NCBI GenBank assembly: GCA_024654065.1 | Contig: JANLIQ010000056.1 | Coordinates: 1-57,267, forward strand | Origin: Candidatus Berkelbacteria bacterium | GTDB taxonomy: Bacteria > Patescibacteriota > UBA1384 > 2-12-FULL-50-11 | Reading direction: 5' to 3' | Length of the DNA stretch: 57,267 nt | Program-made: the position numbers and the translations under genes | The notes under the pieces: model-generated | The model's input: the letters and a program-made list of their open reading frames with translations, nothing else | What the model was told of the DNA's origin: nothing | Database searches by the model: none | Shown here: piece after piece, positions 28,134 through 37,024 of the stretch | Layout: each line of letters starts with the position of its first letter | Numbering within the stretch: position 1 is the first letter of the stretch

Positions 28134-28457
28134 TTAACCACGCGACTCACGACGCTCTGCGACTCCTTCGAGTCTTTCGGAAATGAGACTTTCCATTTCA
28201 GCCAGTCTGGTAGCGTCCGTGGCGTAGATAGTCACGAAGAGCTTCTTGGCAATGCCCCTCATTACAATCGTCATCGCTTCAGAGTCGTTGCAGACTAACC
28301 GAATTAAGAACAGGTGATTCCTGCCGATGAACTCATCGTGCCCATCCTCTCGAACAATTCCCTGGAGCAAACTTACGATTTGAAGACGCTCGGCGAAATC
28401 AAGAACTCGGATCAATTCGAAAGTGAAAGAACGAAAAAGAACAGATGTTTCCACCAA
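28134..28457 (-). CDS. Hypothetical protein
   Basis: 107-aa ORF with no motif I recognise. It is followed by a GGCCGCC-TTCG-GGCGGCC hairpin (28115-28132). Confidence 0.4.
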   Translation of the reverse strand: MVETSVLFRSFTFELIRVLDFAERLQIVSLLQGIVREDGHDEFIGRNHLFLIRLVCNDSEAMTIVMRGIAKKLFVTIYATDATRLAEMESLISERLEGVAERRESRG

Positions 28458-28507
28458 GCGATTTTATCACTCCTTGGCAGAAATTGTAAGAGAGGGTAAC
28501 CTGGTTA

Positions 28508-29176
28508 TTGATGCTGAAATTAGTTAACGCTCGCAAACAATTCACCGCCGGAGAAGTTGTAAACGCTTTAGACGGCGTATCGCTCAAAATCGCCAAGGGT
28601 GAGTTCGTCGGAATCATCGGCCCAAGCGGTTGCGGCAAATCGACCCTACTTTATACGCTTGGCTTGCTGGATTCGACCGACGAAGGCGAGTACTTTATCG
28701 ACGGCACTCGCGTTGATAGATTTTCCAGCCGCGAGCGGGCCGGGTTACGAAACAAAAAGTTTGGCTTTGTCTTTCAGTCGTTCAACTTGATTAGCCGAAC
28801 GACATCATTTGATAATGTTCTCCTTCCACTTTTATACGGACAGACACGAGGTGCCACCGCTAAGGTCCAGCACGCCCTAGAGCAAGTTGGTGTTTGGAAC
28901 AAGCGCCGTAACTGGCCCAACCAAATGTCTGGTGGCCAGCAACAGCGGGTCGCCATCGCCCGAGCGCTTGTGACCGAACCGGAAATAATCTTAGCTGACG
29001 AACCAACCGGCAACCTGGACTCTAAGACTGGTGAGGAAATCATGGAACTGTTCCGAGATATTCACTCCAAAGGTACGACGGTAGTAATGGTCACCCACAA
29101 CCCCGACTTACTAAAATACGCCACTCGCATTATCGAGATGCGTGATGGCAAAATAGTTAGCGACAAAAAATTATGA
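28508..29176 (+). CDS. ABC transporter ATP-binding protein (MacB/LolD-type)
   Basis: Walker [11 protein letters not shown]-loop, signature [15 protein letters not shown], Walker [14 protein letters not shown]-loop VTHN. Confidence 0.9.
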   Translation: MMLKLVNARKQFTAGEVVNALDGVSLKIAKGEFVGIIGPSGCGKSTLLYTLGLLDSTDEGEYFIDGTRVDRFSSRERAGLRNKKFGFVFQSFNLISRTTSFDNVLLPLLYGQTRGATAKVQHALEQVGVWNKRRNWPNQMSGGQQQRVAIARALVTEPEIILADEPTGNLDSKTGEEIMELFRDIHSKGTTVVMVTHNPDLLKYATRIIEMRDGKIVSDKKL

Positions 29177-30372
29177 ACATTATTGAAAACTTTAAAACCG
29201 CCCTTAAATCTCTTTGGAATAACCGCCTACGAAGTTTCCTAACTCTGCTTGGCATTGTTATCGGAGTTTACGCTGTCGTCACACTGCTCGCCGCCGCCCA
29301 AGGGGTTCAGAACCAAATTGGCGGATTTGTGGAGGATTTTGGCCCGCGCACGATTCTAATAATGCCGGGGGAAACCGATTCTTCTGGTACGCCAAACTTT
29401 GCCGCTCAAGCGGCGCCGTCAACTCTTCTTGTTGATGACATAGAATATCTCAAGACTCACGCCGATCTTATCGAGCAAACGGTCGACTACGCCGTATTTA
29501 TCGGCGGCCTGGCCACCCACGGCGATAAAAAGCTATCCGGCATGCCAGTCGGCATTACCCCAGGCGCGGTAGAGTTGTTTAGTATCAAGGTCGTGAACGG
29601 CCGCGACTTTACGCAGTCAGATCTTGATCAGAAGAAGCGCTTTATCGTTATTAGCGAGGCCGCGGCCGAGAAGCTGGCAGTAAAAGTCGGTGAGACGATG
29701 AGTATCGGTATCGAGAAGTTCGAGGTCATTGGCTTGTTTAAAATTGAACAGTCATTAAATATCAGCTCCTCTCAGGGCGAGATGTTTTTCATTCCAGCTC
29801 CCGTCGCAAACGAGATCAACAAGTCACCGCAAGTCAATCGTATTGTTGCTCACGCCAAAACGGTTGAAGATGTCGACAGGGCTATAACCCAAGTAAAAGA
29901 AGCTCTGACCACCAAGCATGGCACCGTCGATTTTTCTGTTATGAAACCAACCGATATTCTCAAAACCGTCGACAGTATTATTAACATTCTTAAATATATG
30001 GTGATTGGTATCACTTCAATCTCGCTACTCGTCGGTGGTATCGGAATTATGAATATCATGCTGGTGACGGTAGCGGAGCGAACTCGTGAAATCGGCATTC
30101 GTAAGGCGGTTGGCGCTACCGAAAGCGCAATACTTATTCAATTCTTAATCGAGTCGATTCTACTAACCGTCATCGGTGCTTTGATTGGTATCGCCATGGC
30201 GACGGTAACGTCTTATCTTGCAGCGAAGTTCTCACCGCTCGAACCGGCGATTACTAGCAGTACCATTATGATCGCCGTTGGTATGGGGGTGGTTGCTGGA
30301 GTTATCTTCGGCTTACTGCCGGCCCTTCGCGCCGCCCGCAAAAACCCGGTTCAGGCGTTGAAATACGAGTAG
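29173..30372 (+). CDS. ABC transporter permease, MacB-like (FtsX-fold with large periplasmic domain)
   Basis: Four TM helices with an extracytoplasmic domain of about 230 aa between TM1 and TM2. Has the conserved ERTREIGIRKAVGA motif. The start overlaps the ATPase stop (ATGA). Confidence 0.85.
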   Translation: MNIIENFKTALKSLWNNRLRSFLTLLGIVIGVYAVVTLLAAAQGVQNQIGGFVEDFGPRTILIMPGETDSSGTPNFAAQAAPSTLLVDDIEYLKTHADLIEQTVDYAVFIGGLATHGDKKLSGMPVGITPGAVELFSIKVVNGRDFTQSDLDQKKRFIVISEAAAEKLAVKVGETMSIGIEKFEVIGLFKIEQSLNISSSQGEMFFIPAPVANEINKSPQVNRIVAHAKTVEDVDRAITQVKEALTTKHGTVDFSVMKPTDILKTVDSIINILKYMVIGITSISLLVGGIGIMNIMLVTVAERTREIGIRKAVGATESAILIQFLIESILLTVIGALIGIAMATVTSYLAAKFSPLEPAITSSTIMIAVGMGVVAGVIFGLLPALRAARKNPVQALKYE

Positions 30373-30415
30373 ATTTATACATTGTTGTTAGAAAGTAAAA
30401 TGTTAGAGTAAAAAT

Positions 30416-30691
30416 ATGCTAACTAAAAGTGATCTACAAAATATCGAGGCGCTCTTCGACAAAAAATTCGATGAGAAATTTGATCAGAGATTCAAGCCGC
30501 TGAAGGTTGAATTATCCGATCTAATCGACCATAAACTCGAGCCGCTGAAAAAGGATATTAAAAAGATCAAAACCGACGTCGCCCAAACCAGGAAAGATAT
30601 CAATATGGTTATTGGAGTTTTCGACAACGACAATACGAAACTACGCCAGCGAGTCGAAATTATTGAAGATAGGGTAGGGATTAGACATTAG
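30416..30691 (+). CDS. Small charged coiled-coil protein (hypothetical)
   Basis: 91-aa K/D/E-rich helical ORF with no recognised family. Confidence 0.4.
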   Translation: MLTKSDLQNIEALFDKKFDEKFDQRFKPLKVELSDLIDHKLEPLKKDIKKIKTDVAQTRKDINMVIGVFDNDNTKLRQRVEIIEDRVGIRH

Positions 30692-30722
30692 TCCCAGCAT
30701 CAGTAAGATTTGGGGTTGATTT

Positions 30723-30744
30723 AATGTAAAGTTTCCTTTACATT
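30723..30744 (+). promoter_or_regulatory. Perfect 22-bp palindrome AATGTAAAG-TTTC-CTTTACATT, 8 nt upstream of the HTH-Hsp20 start codon
   Basis: Read directly from the sequence: 9-bp arms and a 4-nt spacer. A third TGTAAA half-site abuts the ATG at 30753. It is either an operator for the XRE domain or a 5'-UTR hairpin. Confidence 0.6.
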
Positions 30745-30752
30745 ATGTGTAA

Positions 30753-31358
30753 ATGTCAGCGGAATTACGGTTACTTTTACGAGATTTGCGCCAAGCCCAA
30801 GAGTTAAGTCAAGATGAGCTAGCTCATCAATTAGGTATATCTCGTCAATCCATTATCTCACTTGAACAGGGCGCATACTTGCCAAGTTTTCCGTTACTTA
30901 TAAATATGATCCAGTTTTTTAACTGCGACTTAGAGGAGCTTGTCGAAGGCCTCAGCCAGAATGTGGCCCAATTGCCCTCAGTTGCCGAGCTGGCTATTCA
31001 GTCAATTGAACAGCCTGCCACCCGCCCAGCGGCCGGTGCGATAAATGTCTACGAAACTGCCATTGAGTACGAAGTGCAAGTTCAAGCGCCCGGGTTCAAG
31101 GAAAATGAGATCCACCTGGAATTTTCAGGTGATACGCTGACGATTACCGCCCAAACTTCTATTGACCAACGGGAGGCCGCCGAAAAACTAATCCGCCGCG
31201 AGTGGGAGTGCGACTCCTTCACCCGTCAAGTGCGCTTTGCTCACCCTATCGATGTTGATCAAGTCGAGGCCAAGCTCGCTGATGGAATGTTAACCATCCA
31301 CACCCCAAAGGTAGAACCGGTCAAACCTAAGATTAAAAAGATCGAAGTGAAGAAATAG
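30753..31358 (+). CDS. Fusion protein: N-terminal XRE-family HTH domain + C-terminal Hsp20/alpha-crystallin domain
   Basis: The N-terminus LRDLRQAQELSQDELAHQLGISRQSIISLEQG is a Cro/C1-type HTH. The C-terminus INVYETAIEYEVQVQAPGFKENEIHLEFSGDTLTITAQ...FTRQVRFAHPIDVDQVEAKLADGMLTIHTPK is an alpha-crystallin domain. Confidence 0.8.
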   Translation: MSAELRLLLRDLRQAQELSQDELAHQLGISRQSIISLEQGAYLPSFPLLINMIQFFNCDLEELVEGLSQNVAQLPSVAELAIQSIEQPATRPAAGAINVYETAIEYEVQVQAPGFKENEIHLEFSGDTLTITAQTSIDQREAAEKLIRREWECDSFTRQVRFAHPIDVDQVEAKLADGMLTIHTPKVEPVKPKIKKIEVKK

Positions 31359-31384
31359 CTTCTACTAAGTTCGGCAAGAGAATC

Positions 31385-31408
31385 GAGGTCTGAACGACCT
31401 CTTTTCTT
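31385..31408 (+). terminator. Rho-independent terminator after the HTH-Hsp20 gene
   Basis: GAGGTC-TGAAC-GACCTC followed by TTTTCTTCT. Confidence 0.5.
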
Positions 31409-32017
31409 CTACTTAACTTCTATCGAATTAATCGTATCCCCAACGGCAATCTTTTTAACAACATCGTTGCCGGAAGTTACGCGACCGAAGATTGTGTAAT
31501 TCTTAGGGAGGGTTTCGTTATCTTTAAGCATTATGAAGAACTGCGAGCCGTTGGTGTTGGGACCAGAATTGGCCATCGCCAGAACGCCCTCTAAATACCC
31601 CGTCTTGTAACTGGCCGTATTAGGATTTAGCTCGTCTTCAAACTTAGCGCCAAAAATTGAAGCGCCACCAGTACCGTTGCCGCTCGGATCACCACCTTGG
31701 ATGACAAAGCCCGGCTCAACACGGTGAAAAGTAAGATTGTCGTAGTAGCCGTTTTTAGCCAGAGTCGCGAAGTTCATAACTGTCTTTGGCGCATCGTTAG
31801 GATAGAGCTCGAGGGTAATATCGCCTTTGTCAGTTTTGATTACGGCTGAAGTAGCGCTCACTTTTTCAAATGTTGTTGGATCTGCTGTCATGGTTGTTGT
31901 CTCCTTTGTAGGGCTAGTTGTATTTGTTACGGTGTCTGTTGATTTATTTTGCGGAACGAGAGAAAAAATACCGATGATAATGGCCACGAAAACTGCAAGA
32001 TATATAATATTTTTCAT
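31409..32017 (-). CDS. Membrane-anchored cyclophilin-type peptidyl-prolyl cis-trans isomerase
   Basis: N-terminal TM helix followed by a cyclophilin core ([34 protein letters not shown]). The start was set at ATG 32017 because the tracked extension to 32077 reads through tRNA-Val. Confidence 0.85.
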   Translation of the reverse strand: MKNIIYLAVFVAIIIGIFSLVPQNKSTDTVTNTTSPTKETTTMTADPTTFEKVSATSAVIKTDKGDITLELYPNDAPKTVMNFATLAKNGYYDNLTFHRVEPGFVIQGGDPSGNGTGGASIFGAKFEDELNPNTASYKTGYLEGVLAMANSGPNTNGSQFFIMLKDNETLPKNYTIFGRVTSGNDVVKKIAVGDTINSIEVK

Positions 32018-32019
32018 TG

Positions 32020-32091
32020 TGGGCGACGAAGGAATCGAACCTTCAACCCCGGCTACGTCAAAGCCGTGCTCTACCATTGAGCTAGCCGCCC
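32020..32091 (-). tRNA. tRNA-Val (anticodon GAC)
   Basis: GGGCGGC/GTCGCCC acceptor stem, anticodon arm CGGCT-TTGACGT-AGCCG, T-arm GAAGG-TTCGATT-CCTTC. No encoded CCA. Confidence 0.9.
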
Positions 32092-32111
32092 GATAACACC
32101 TGTCATTTTAG

Positions 32112-33014
32112 CTAATCTTTGCTCCGTTGGGAAGGCACGAGCTGACGCTTCGCAATAGCAATTTCTTCGTTAATCCGCTTCAAAAGATCCGTTTTTTCCT
32201 TAACCCGAATGCGCGGTAATTCATACAAGCTACTCTTTTCTGTCGCAACTCCCAGATTAGTAGTGACGGCCGCTTTAATGCCAAGACCGGAAACGATATC
32301 AAGCGTAACGGGATTGTACTTCCCTGATGGGTAGGAAAAGACCGGGTCATATGACCTCACGCTAGTACTAATTTCGTCAATTGCCTTTTCGTACTGGGCG
32401 TTAGCCAAATTTAAATGAATCGCCGTATGGCCACCAATTTCCATACCCGCTAATCTTAGTTGCTGAACCTGGGGCGTCGTCATGTACCCAGTTCTTCCAA
32501 GAAAGCCAGAAACGATAAAAAATGTTGCGGTGGTCTGGTATTTTTCCAAAATCGGCAGAGCATTCGTGTAATGGTCGTCATAACCATCATCGAAAGTAAT
32601 AATTAGCGACTTAGGCTTGTACTTACCTTTGGCGAAATCTTCAAGCGAGATTGTTTCGTACCCGGCATCTTTGAGAACGGATAGCTGTTTATCCAAAGTC
32701 TTTGGTGAGACTGATAACTGAATTCCTAGCGGATCATCTGTCCGATCCTGGTAATCTCGAATGTAGTGGTACATCAAAATTGGTACATAGACTGACGGCG
32801 GGGTTGAAGGAACCGTTGAGTCGTTCTGTGAGAAAGGCTCTGAAACTGCCTCGCTCTTTTTCTGATCGAGTAATGGTTTGGCAGAAGAAGCCTGGATCCC
32901 ATGAAAGAGTGCCAACCAAACTAGTCCACCACCGATCAGCATTAGACCAGCAACCAGATATAGAAACGTGCCCTTCATCTCTCTATCATACCCCGAATCG
33001 TTGTTTCTCGGCAT
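32112..33014 (-). CDS. Polysaccharide deacetylase (NodB-homology/CE4 domain), membrane-anchored
   Basis: Has the TFDDGYDD motif (NodB motif 1) and later His motifs (GGHTAIH). One TM helix lies near the N-terminus. The start is probably ATG 33014 or 32978, because the tracked 33077 start runs antisense into tRNA-Glu. Confidence 0.8.
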   Translation of the reverse strand: MPRNNDSGYDREMKGTFLYLVAGLMLIGGGLVWLALFHGIQASSAKPLLDQKKSEAVSEPFSQNDSTVPSTPPSVYVPILMYHYIRDYQDRTDDPLGIQLSVSPKTLDKQLSVLKDAGYETISLEDFAKGKYKPKSLIITFDDGYDDHYTNALPILEKYQTTATFFIVSGFLGRTGYMTTPQVQQLRLAGMEIGGHTAIHLNLANAQYEKAIDEISTSVRSYDPVFSYPSGKYNPVTLDIVSGLGIKAAVTTNLGVATEKSSLYELPRIRVKEKTDLLKRINEEIAIAKRQLVPSQRSKD

Positions 33015-33038
33015 TTTTAAAGGTAAAATAGGCGTATT

Positions 33039-33112
33039 GGTCCCATCGTCTAGTGGCCTAGGACGTCGCCTTTTCATGGCGAAGATCGCGGGTTCGACTC
33101 CCGCTGGGACCG
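33039..33112 (+). tRNA. tRNA-Glu (anticodon TTC)
   Basis: GGTCCCA/TGGGACC acceptor stem, anticodon arm TCGCC-TTTTCAT-GGCGA, T-arm GCGGG-TTCGACT-CCCGC. Confidence 0.9.
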
Positions 33113-33495
33113 CTGAAAGAGATCACACTCTATCTGTTACCAGTAGATTGCGGTTCTAAAAATCACACACCTAACGGGAATGTTAGTACCTCTATTCGTA
33201 AGGAAGTTCTATTCCCAGACGTGTTCAAAGTGCAGTAAACTAACAGCATAAGATTTCCCGTGCCTACAAAAAAGAGCTTATCGAATTCAGTAAGACCTAC
33301 AGAGACAAATACTCCCTTGAGCTTGTCGACAAAGATGTGCTAGAAACGGCCAGCTACATAATGGAGCCCCTCTTGCTAACAAGCCCTAAGCTTTACAAGT
33401 CGTACAAAAAGCTGAACTAACCTGGTTGACAACCTGTCTCCAATCTGCTATTGTTCTGCTTAAACTCTCGCGAGAGAGGGCGTTCTTAGGAGACG

Positions 33496-33909
33496 ATGAT
33501 GCCAGAAGAATACTCAGACGTAAACGAAACCGCAGCTTTTGGTTTCTTGGTCAATGCGAGTGACCGGCTAAAAGGGGCGGACGGTGACACGGGAGCGATA
33601 TTCCCCATGAGCGACGCGGAAGATTTGAGTCGTGGGGCTCGTTTCATTCCCGAAGCCGTGACTGATGCACGACGCAGTGGCCAGAAGGTCAACTTCGTTT
33701 ATGATCGCAGTGCATGCTGCTGGTATTGGGAGATGCCCGATGGTTCTCGCCTTTATCACTAGGAGCGGGCTACCGATAATGAGGTTGGTCAGGCCAACGG
33801 TCGCCAGTTCGTAGTAAGCACATCGGATTTCGAAGGTGGCTCTGGCCCGTGTCCTATGTGTGGAAATCCGCACACAAGAGGGGAGGAAGTACCAAAACCA
33901 AAACCCTAG
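33496..33909 (+). pseudogene. GC-rich small ORF interrupted by an in-frame TAG (33760-33762); hypothetical, possibly decayed
   Basis: The 88-codon ORF ends ...DGSRLYH-TAG. The same frame then continues ERATDNEVGQANG...GGSGPCPMCGNPHTRGEEVPKPKP-TAG (33907-33909), and a strong hairpin terminator follows. Confidence 0.3.
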
Positions 33910-33920
33910 CTCGAATCACT

Positions 33921-33965
33921 GCGCCCCGCGGACTTCATGTCTGTGGGGCGCTACTTGTTTGTGTT
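33921..33965 (+). terminator. Rho-independent terminator
   Basis: GCGCCCCGC-13 nt-GTGGGGCGC (9 bp including one G-U) followed by the T-rich tract TACTTGTTTGTGTT. Confidence 0.55.
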
Positions 33966-34174
33966 AGACTTCTCCTCTGCAAAACACAATTCTTCTTCAT
34001 TTAAACCTGCTGCAGAGTGCGAATGCGTTCTTGCCAAGCCCGCAAACAGGTAAAGTTAAAGTTGTCTTATTGTATAAGACGTGCGAGAATCACCTCGAGC
34101 AGCTACCAAGGTTTTGGTTACTGTTAGTTCATCACAATTGGGCTGCAATTTTACCAACTTCTAGGAGGAACCCC

Positions 34175-37024
34175 GTGATTCAAGTTGTCAGAGTTCAAGG
34201 AAAGATCGGCGATCCACGCGGGGAGGACCTCGCAGCGGAAATTCGATCAACCCTTGGCATCGTCTCTGTCGAGCAGGTACGAACCGTCAAGGTCTACCGA
34301 CTCGAAAATGTGTCCGTCGAACAGGCCGACACACTAGCTCACCAGCTCCTGGCCGATCCAATCAGCCAGTCATATTCGCTCAATCAGCCGACCGTTATAG
34401 GCGCTTTTGCCGTACGTGAGGTCGCCTACAAACCCGGGGTAATGAACCCCGAGGTTGCCTCGATTCTCAAATCAGCGGCTGACCTTGGCATCACCGAACT
34501 GGTCGCGGCCGACACCAGCTACGAGTACCATTTCTTCGTCAACGGTTCGTTAGATGCGAACCAGCTGAAGACAATCGTCTCCCGCTTGCTGGTCAATAAA
34601 ACCGTTCAGCGTGTTTTGGAAAGCGAGCCGACTACCTTGTTGATCGGCGGCCAAGCCGGTCCGATCCGAACTATCGCCATCCGTGAACTGGACGACTTGG
34701 CGCTGATAGCACTCTCTGCAGCGATGCAGCTACATCTCAATCTTGAGGAGATGCGAGTGATTCAGGAGTACTTCCGCGACCTTGGTCGCGATCCGCGAGA
34801 CGCCGAGTTGGAGACTTTGGCGCAGACGTGGAGCGAGCACTGCGGACACAAGACCTTCAAGGCCAAGCTCGTTGTCAACGGAGTTTCAAAACCGCCTCTG
34901 ATGAGCCGTCTGAAGGCCGCATCCATGGCCTGCGAAAGTCCGATCGTTCTCTCGTCGTTCGTCGACAATTCTGGTGTGATCCGTTTTGATGAAAAGTTCG
35001 GTATTGCCGGCAAAGTCGAAACCCACAATAGCCCCAGCGCTATCGAGCCACGGGGCGGAGCTATGACTGGTAGCGGCGGCGTCTTTCGGGACGTTATGGG
35101 AACGGGTCGGGGCGCGCGAGTGATCGCCAGTACCGATATCTTCTGTTTCGCCCCGCCCGATTTACCAGATGATGAGTTGCCCAAGGGCTGTCTTCACCCA
35201 CGCTACCTCCTCCGACAGGTTGTCGGTGGTGTCCGTGATTACGGCAATCCGATGGGCGTACCAACCCTCAACGGTTCGGTTCACTTCCACTCCGACTTTA
35301 GAGCCAAGCCAACGGTAATCGTTGGTGCTTACGGCTTGATTCCGATCGAAGACTGTCAGAAAGGCGAACCGCAAATCGGCGACTTGATCGTCACTGTTGG
35401 CGGCAAGACCGGACGTGACGGTGTCCATGGTGCCACTTTCTCAAGTGGCGAAATGACACCTGACACAATCGAAAACGCCAGCGTCGTCCAGATCGGTAAC
35501 CCGATCGAGGAGAAGCGTACGAGCGACGCCCTCATCAACTGTCGCGATGCCGGTCTCATTCGAGCGGTAACCGACTGCGGTGCAGGTGGATTCTCGTCGG
35601 CAATTGGTGAGATGGGATCGACAATCGGTGCTCGAGTCAACCTGGAAGAGGCGCCATTGAAGTATAGCGGGCTTGCTCCATGGGAGATCTGGGTCTCCGA
35701 GTCACAGGAGCGAATGGTTGTGGCGGTCCCGCCAGAATCGCTCGCAAAGTTCCTGCGGACATGCAAGGGCTTCAACGTTGAGGCAACGACTCTTGGTGCG
35801 TTCACCGGCGACGGACAGCTACTCGTCACTTACAACGGCGAGGTGGCTTGTGATCTGCCGATGAGCTTTCTGCACGACGGTTTGCCACAACGAACGATGA
35901 AGGCCACCTGGATCGACCGGGAAGTTAGTAGCATCGGCTCCATCTCCCCAGATCCCGTAACGGCCTACCACCGAGTTATGGCGCACCTCGACGTCGCTTC
36001 GAAAGAGCCGATCGTCAGAATGTACGACCATAGCGTCCAGGGTAGCATGGTGTTACCGCCATTTGTCGGCGTCTTCCAAGACGGACCAACAGACGCGGCA
36101 GTACTCCAACCGCTCCCCAACTCATCGCGGGGGATTGTCATCAGTCACGGCTTAAACCCGGTTCTCGATCGGATTCATCCGTACTGGGGTAGTGTTTGGG
36201 CAATCGCCGAGGCGCTCTCTAACTACGTTGCCGTCGGTGGCTACTTGACGCAAGCAGCTCTGATCGACAATTTCATCTGGCCATTTCCAGACGAAGAGTC
36301 ACTGGGCGAGCTCGACCAAGCAGTCGATGCATGCGTCGATATCATGCGAGAGCTCCGTACCCCGTTTGTTTCCGGCAAGGACTCGCTTTCGAGCACCTAC
36401 CGATATCCAGACGGGTCGGTCCTGAAGATACCGCCGGTTCTTTGTGTCTCAGCGTTCGGGTCAATCGACAACGTCGAGAGGACCAAAACGTCAGACTTCA
36501 AGAAAGTCGGTTCGGCCATCATTCTTGTTGGTCGCCCGGATTTCTGGGGTATGGGAGGATCTGTTTACTCGCGAGTTCACAACGTCCAAAACGGTCGTGT
36601 TCCGCGAATACATCCCTCCGAGCTGGCTATCACTCTTCGGGAAACGACGCGGTTGCTGCTTTCAAGCGACGTCCTGGCTTGCCATGACGTCAGCGAAGGT
36701 GGAGTTGGCGCCACAATTGCCGAGATGTGCTTTGGTGGCAACCTCGGCGCCGTGATCGATCTAAGCCGCTTTGAGAACAAACTCGACCTCGGGCCACTTA
36801 GCGGTTTCTTCAACGAAACTGCTGGTTGCTTCGTTGTCGAGGCGCGACAAGATCTGCTTGGATATATCAGCGACTACCTGACCGAGACTCCCTGGAGTCT
36901 AATCGGCATCACTCAACACAGTGACGAAATCGTGGTTGAGGACAAGTCCATTCACCTCTCCGTTTCGCTCTCGTCACTCAAGAACAGCTGGCAACAGCCA
37001 GTAAAGGAGGTCTTCCACTCATGA
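34175..37024 (+). CDS. purL: FGAM synthase: tandem PurS-like modules fused to PurL (phosphoribosylformylglycinamidine synthase II)
   Basis: GTG 34175 sits 6 nt after AGGAGG; the tracked ATG at 34031 adds a non-homologous leader. Two PurS-like units (VIQVVRVQGKIGDPRGEDLA...; AVREVAYKPGVMNPEVASIL...) are followed by PurL signatures (AQTWSEHCGHKTF, ETHNSPSAIEPRGGA, GNPMG, VTDCGAGG). Confidence 0.9.
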   Translation: MIQVVRVQGKIGDPRGEDLAAEIRSTLGIVSVEQVRTVKVYRLENVSVEQADTLAHQLLADPISQSYSLNQPTVIGAFAVREVAYKPGVMNPEVASILKSAADLGITELVAADTSYEYHFFVNGSLDANQLKTIVSRLLVNKTVQRVLESEPTTLLIGGQAGPIRTIAIRELDDLALIALSAAMQLHLNLEEMRVIQEYFRDLGRDPRDAELETLAQTWSEHCGHKTFKAKLVVNGVSKPPLMSRLKAASMACESPIVLSSFVDNSGVIRFDEKFGIAGKVETHNSPSAIEPRGGAMTGSGGVFRDVMGTGRGARVIASTDIFCFAPPDLPDDELPKGCLHPRYLLRQVVGGVRDYGNPMGVPTLNGSVHFHSDFRAKPTVIVGAYGLIPIEDCQKGEPQIGDLIVTVGGKTGRDGVHGATFSSGEMTPDTIENASVVQIGNPIEEKRTSDALINCRDAGLIRAVTDCGAGGFSSAIGEMGSTIGARVNLEEAPLKYSGLAPWEIWVSESQERMVVAVPPESLAKFLRTCKGFNVEATTLGAFTGDGQLLVTYNGEVACDLPMSFLHDGLPQRTMKATWIDREVSSIGSISPDPVTAYHRVMAHLDVASKEPIVRMYDHSVQGSMVLPPFVGVFQDGPTDAAVLQPLPNSSRGIVISHGLNPVLDRIHPYWGSVWAIAEALSNYVAVGGYLTQAALIDNFIWPFPDEESLGELDQAVDACVDIMRELRTPFVSGKDSLSSTYRYPDGSVLKIPPVLCVSAFGSIDNVERTKTSDFKKVGSAIILVGRPDFWGMGGSVYSRVHNVQNGRVPRIHPSELAITLRETTRLLLSSDVLACHDVSEGGVGATIAEMCFGGNLGAVIDLSRFENKLDLGPLSGFFNETAGCFVVEARQDLLGYISDYLTETPWSLIGITQHSDEIVVEDKSIHLSVSLSSLKNSWQQPVKEVFHS

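Noticed and set aside
31409-33077. Long N-terminal extensions of the PPIase (to 32077) and deacetylase (to 33077) ORFs.
   Set aside because: The extensions translate through tRNA-Val, or run antisense into tRNA-Glu. Internal Met codons immediately preceding TM helices give sensible proteins.
34031-34174. ATG 34031 as the purL start (48 extra residues, MPSPQTGKVKVVLLYKTCENH...).
   Set aside because: The extension is AT-rich, unlike the gene body, and has no PurS/PurL similarity. GTG 34175 has a perfect AGGAGG 6 nt upstream and begins exactly at the first PurS-like module.
33952-34174. A purine, ZTP or other riboswitch in the 220-nt leader of purSL.
   Set aside because: I could not find the conserved cores I remember for the purine or ZTP (pfl) motifs. 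I found only a weak 7-bp stem with a long loop (CTCTGCA...TGCAGAG). The region is left unannotated pending a covariance-model scan.
34762-36813. Stacks of 60-160-aa antisense or alternative-frame ORFs. Examples: 34762-35184, 35356-35829 and 36331-36755; also 5745-6151, 13236-13768, 22426-22704, 23078-23662 and 56240-57018.
   Set aside because: They lie entirely within well-supported GC-rich genes and have Arg/Ser/Pro/Ala-rich low-complexity translations with no motifs. This is the typical shadow-ORF artefact of GC-rich coding sequence.
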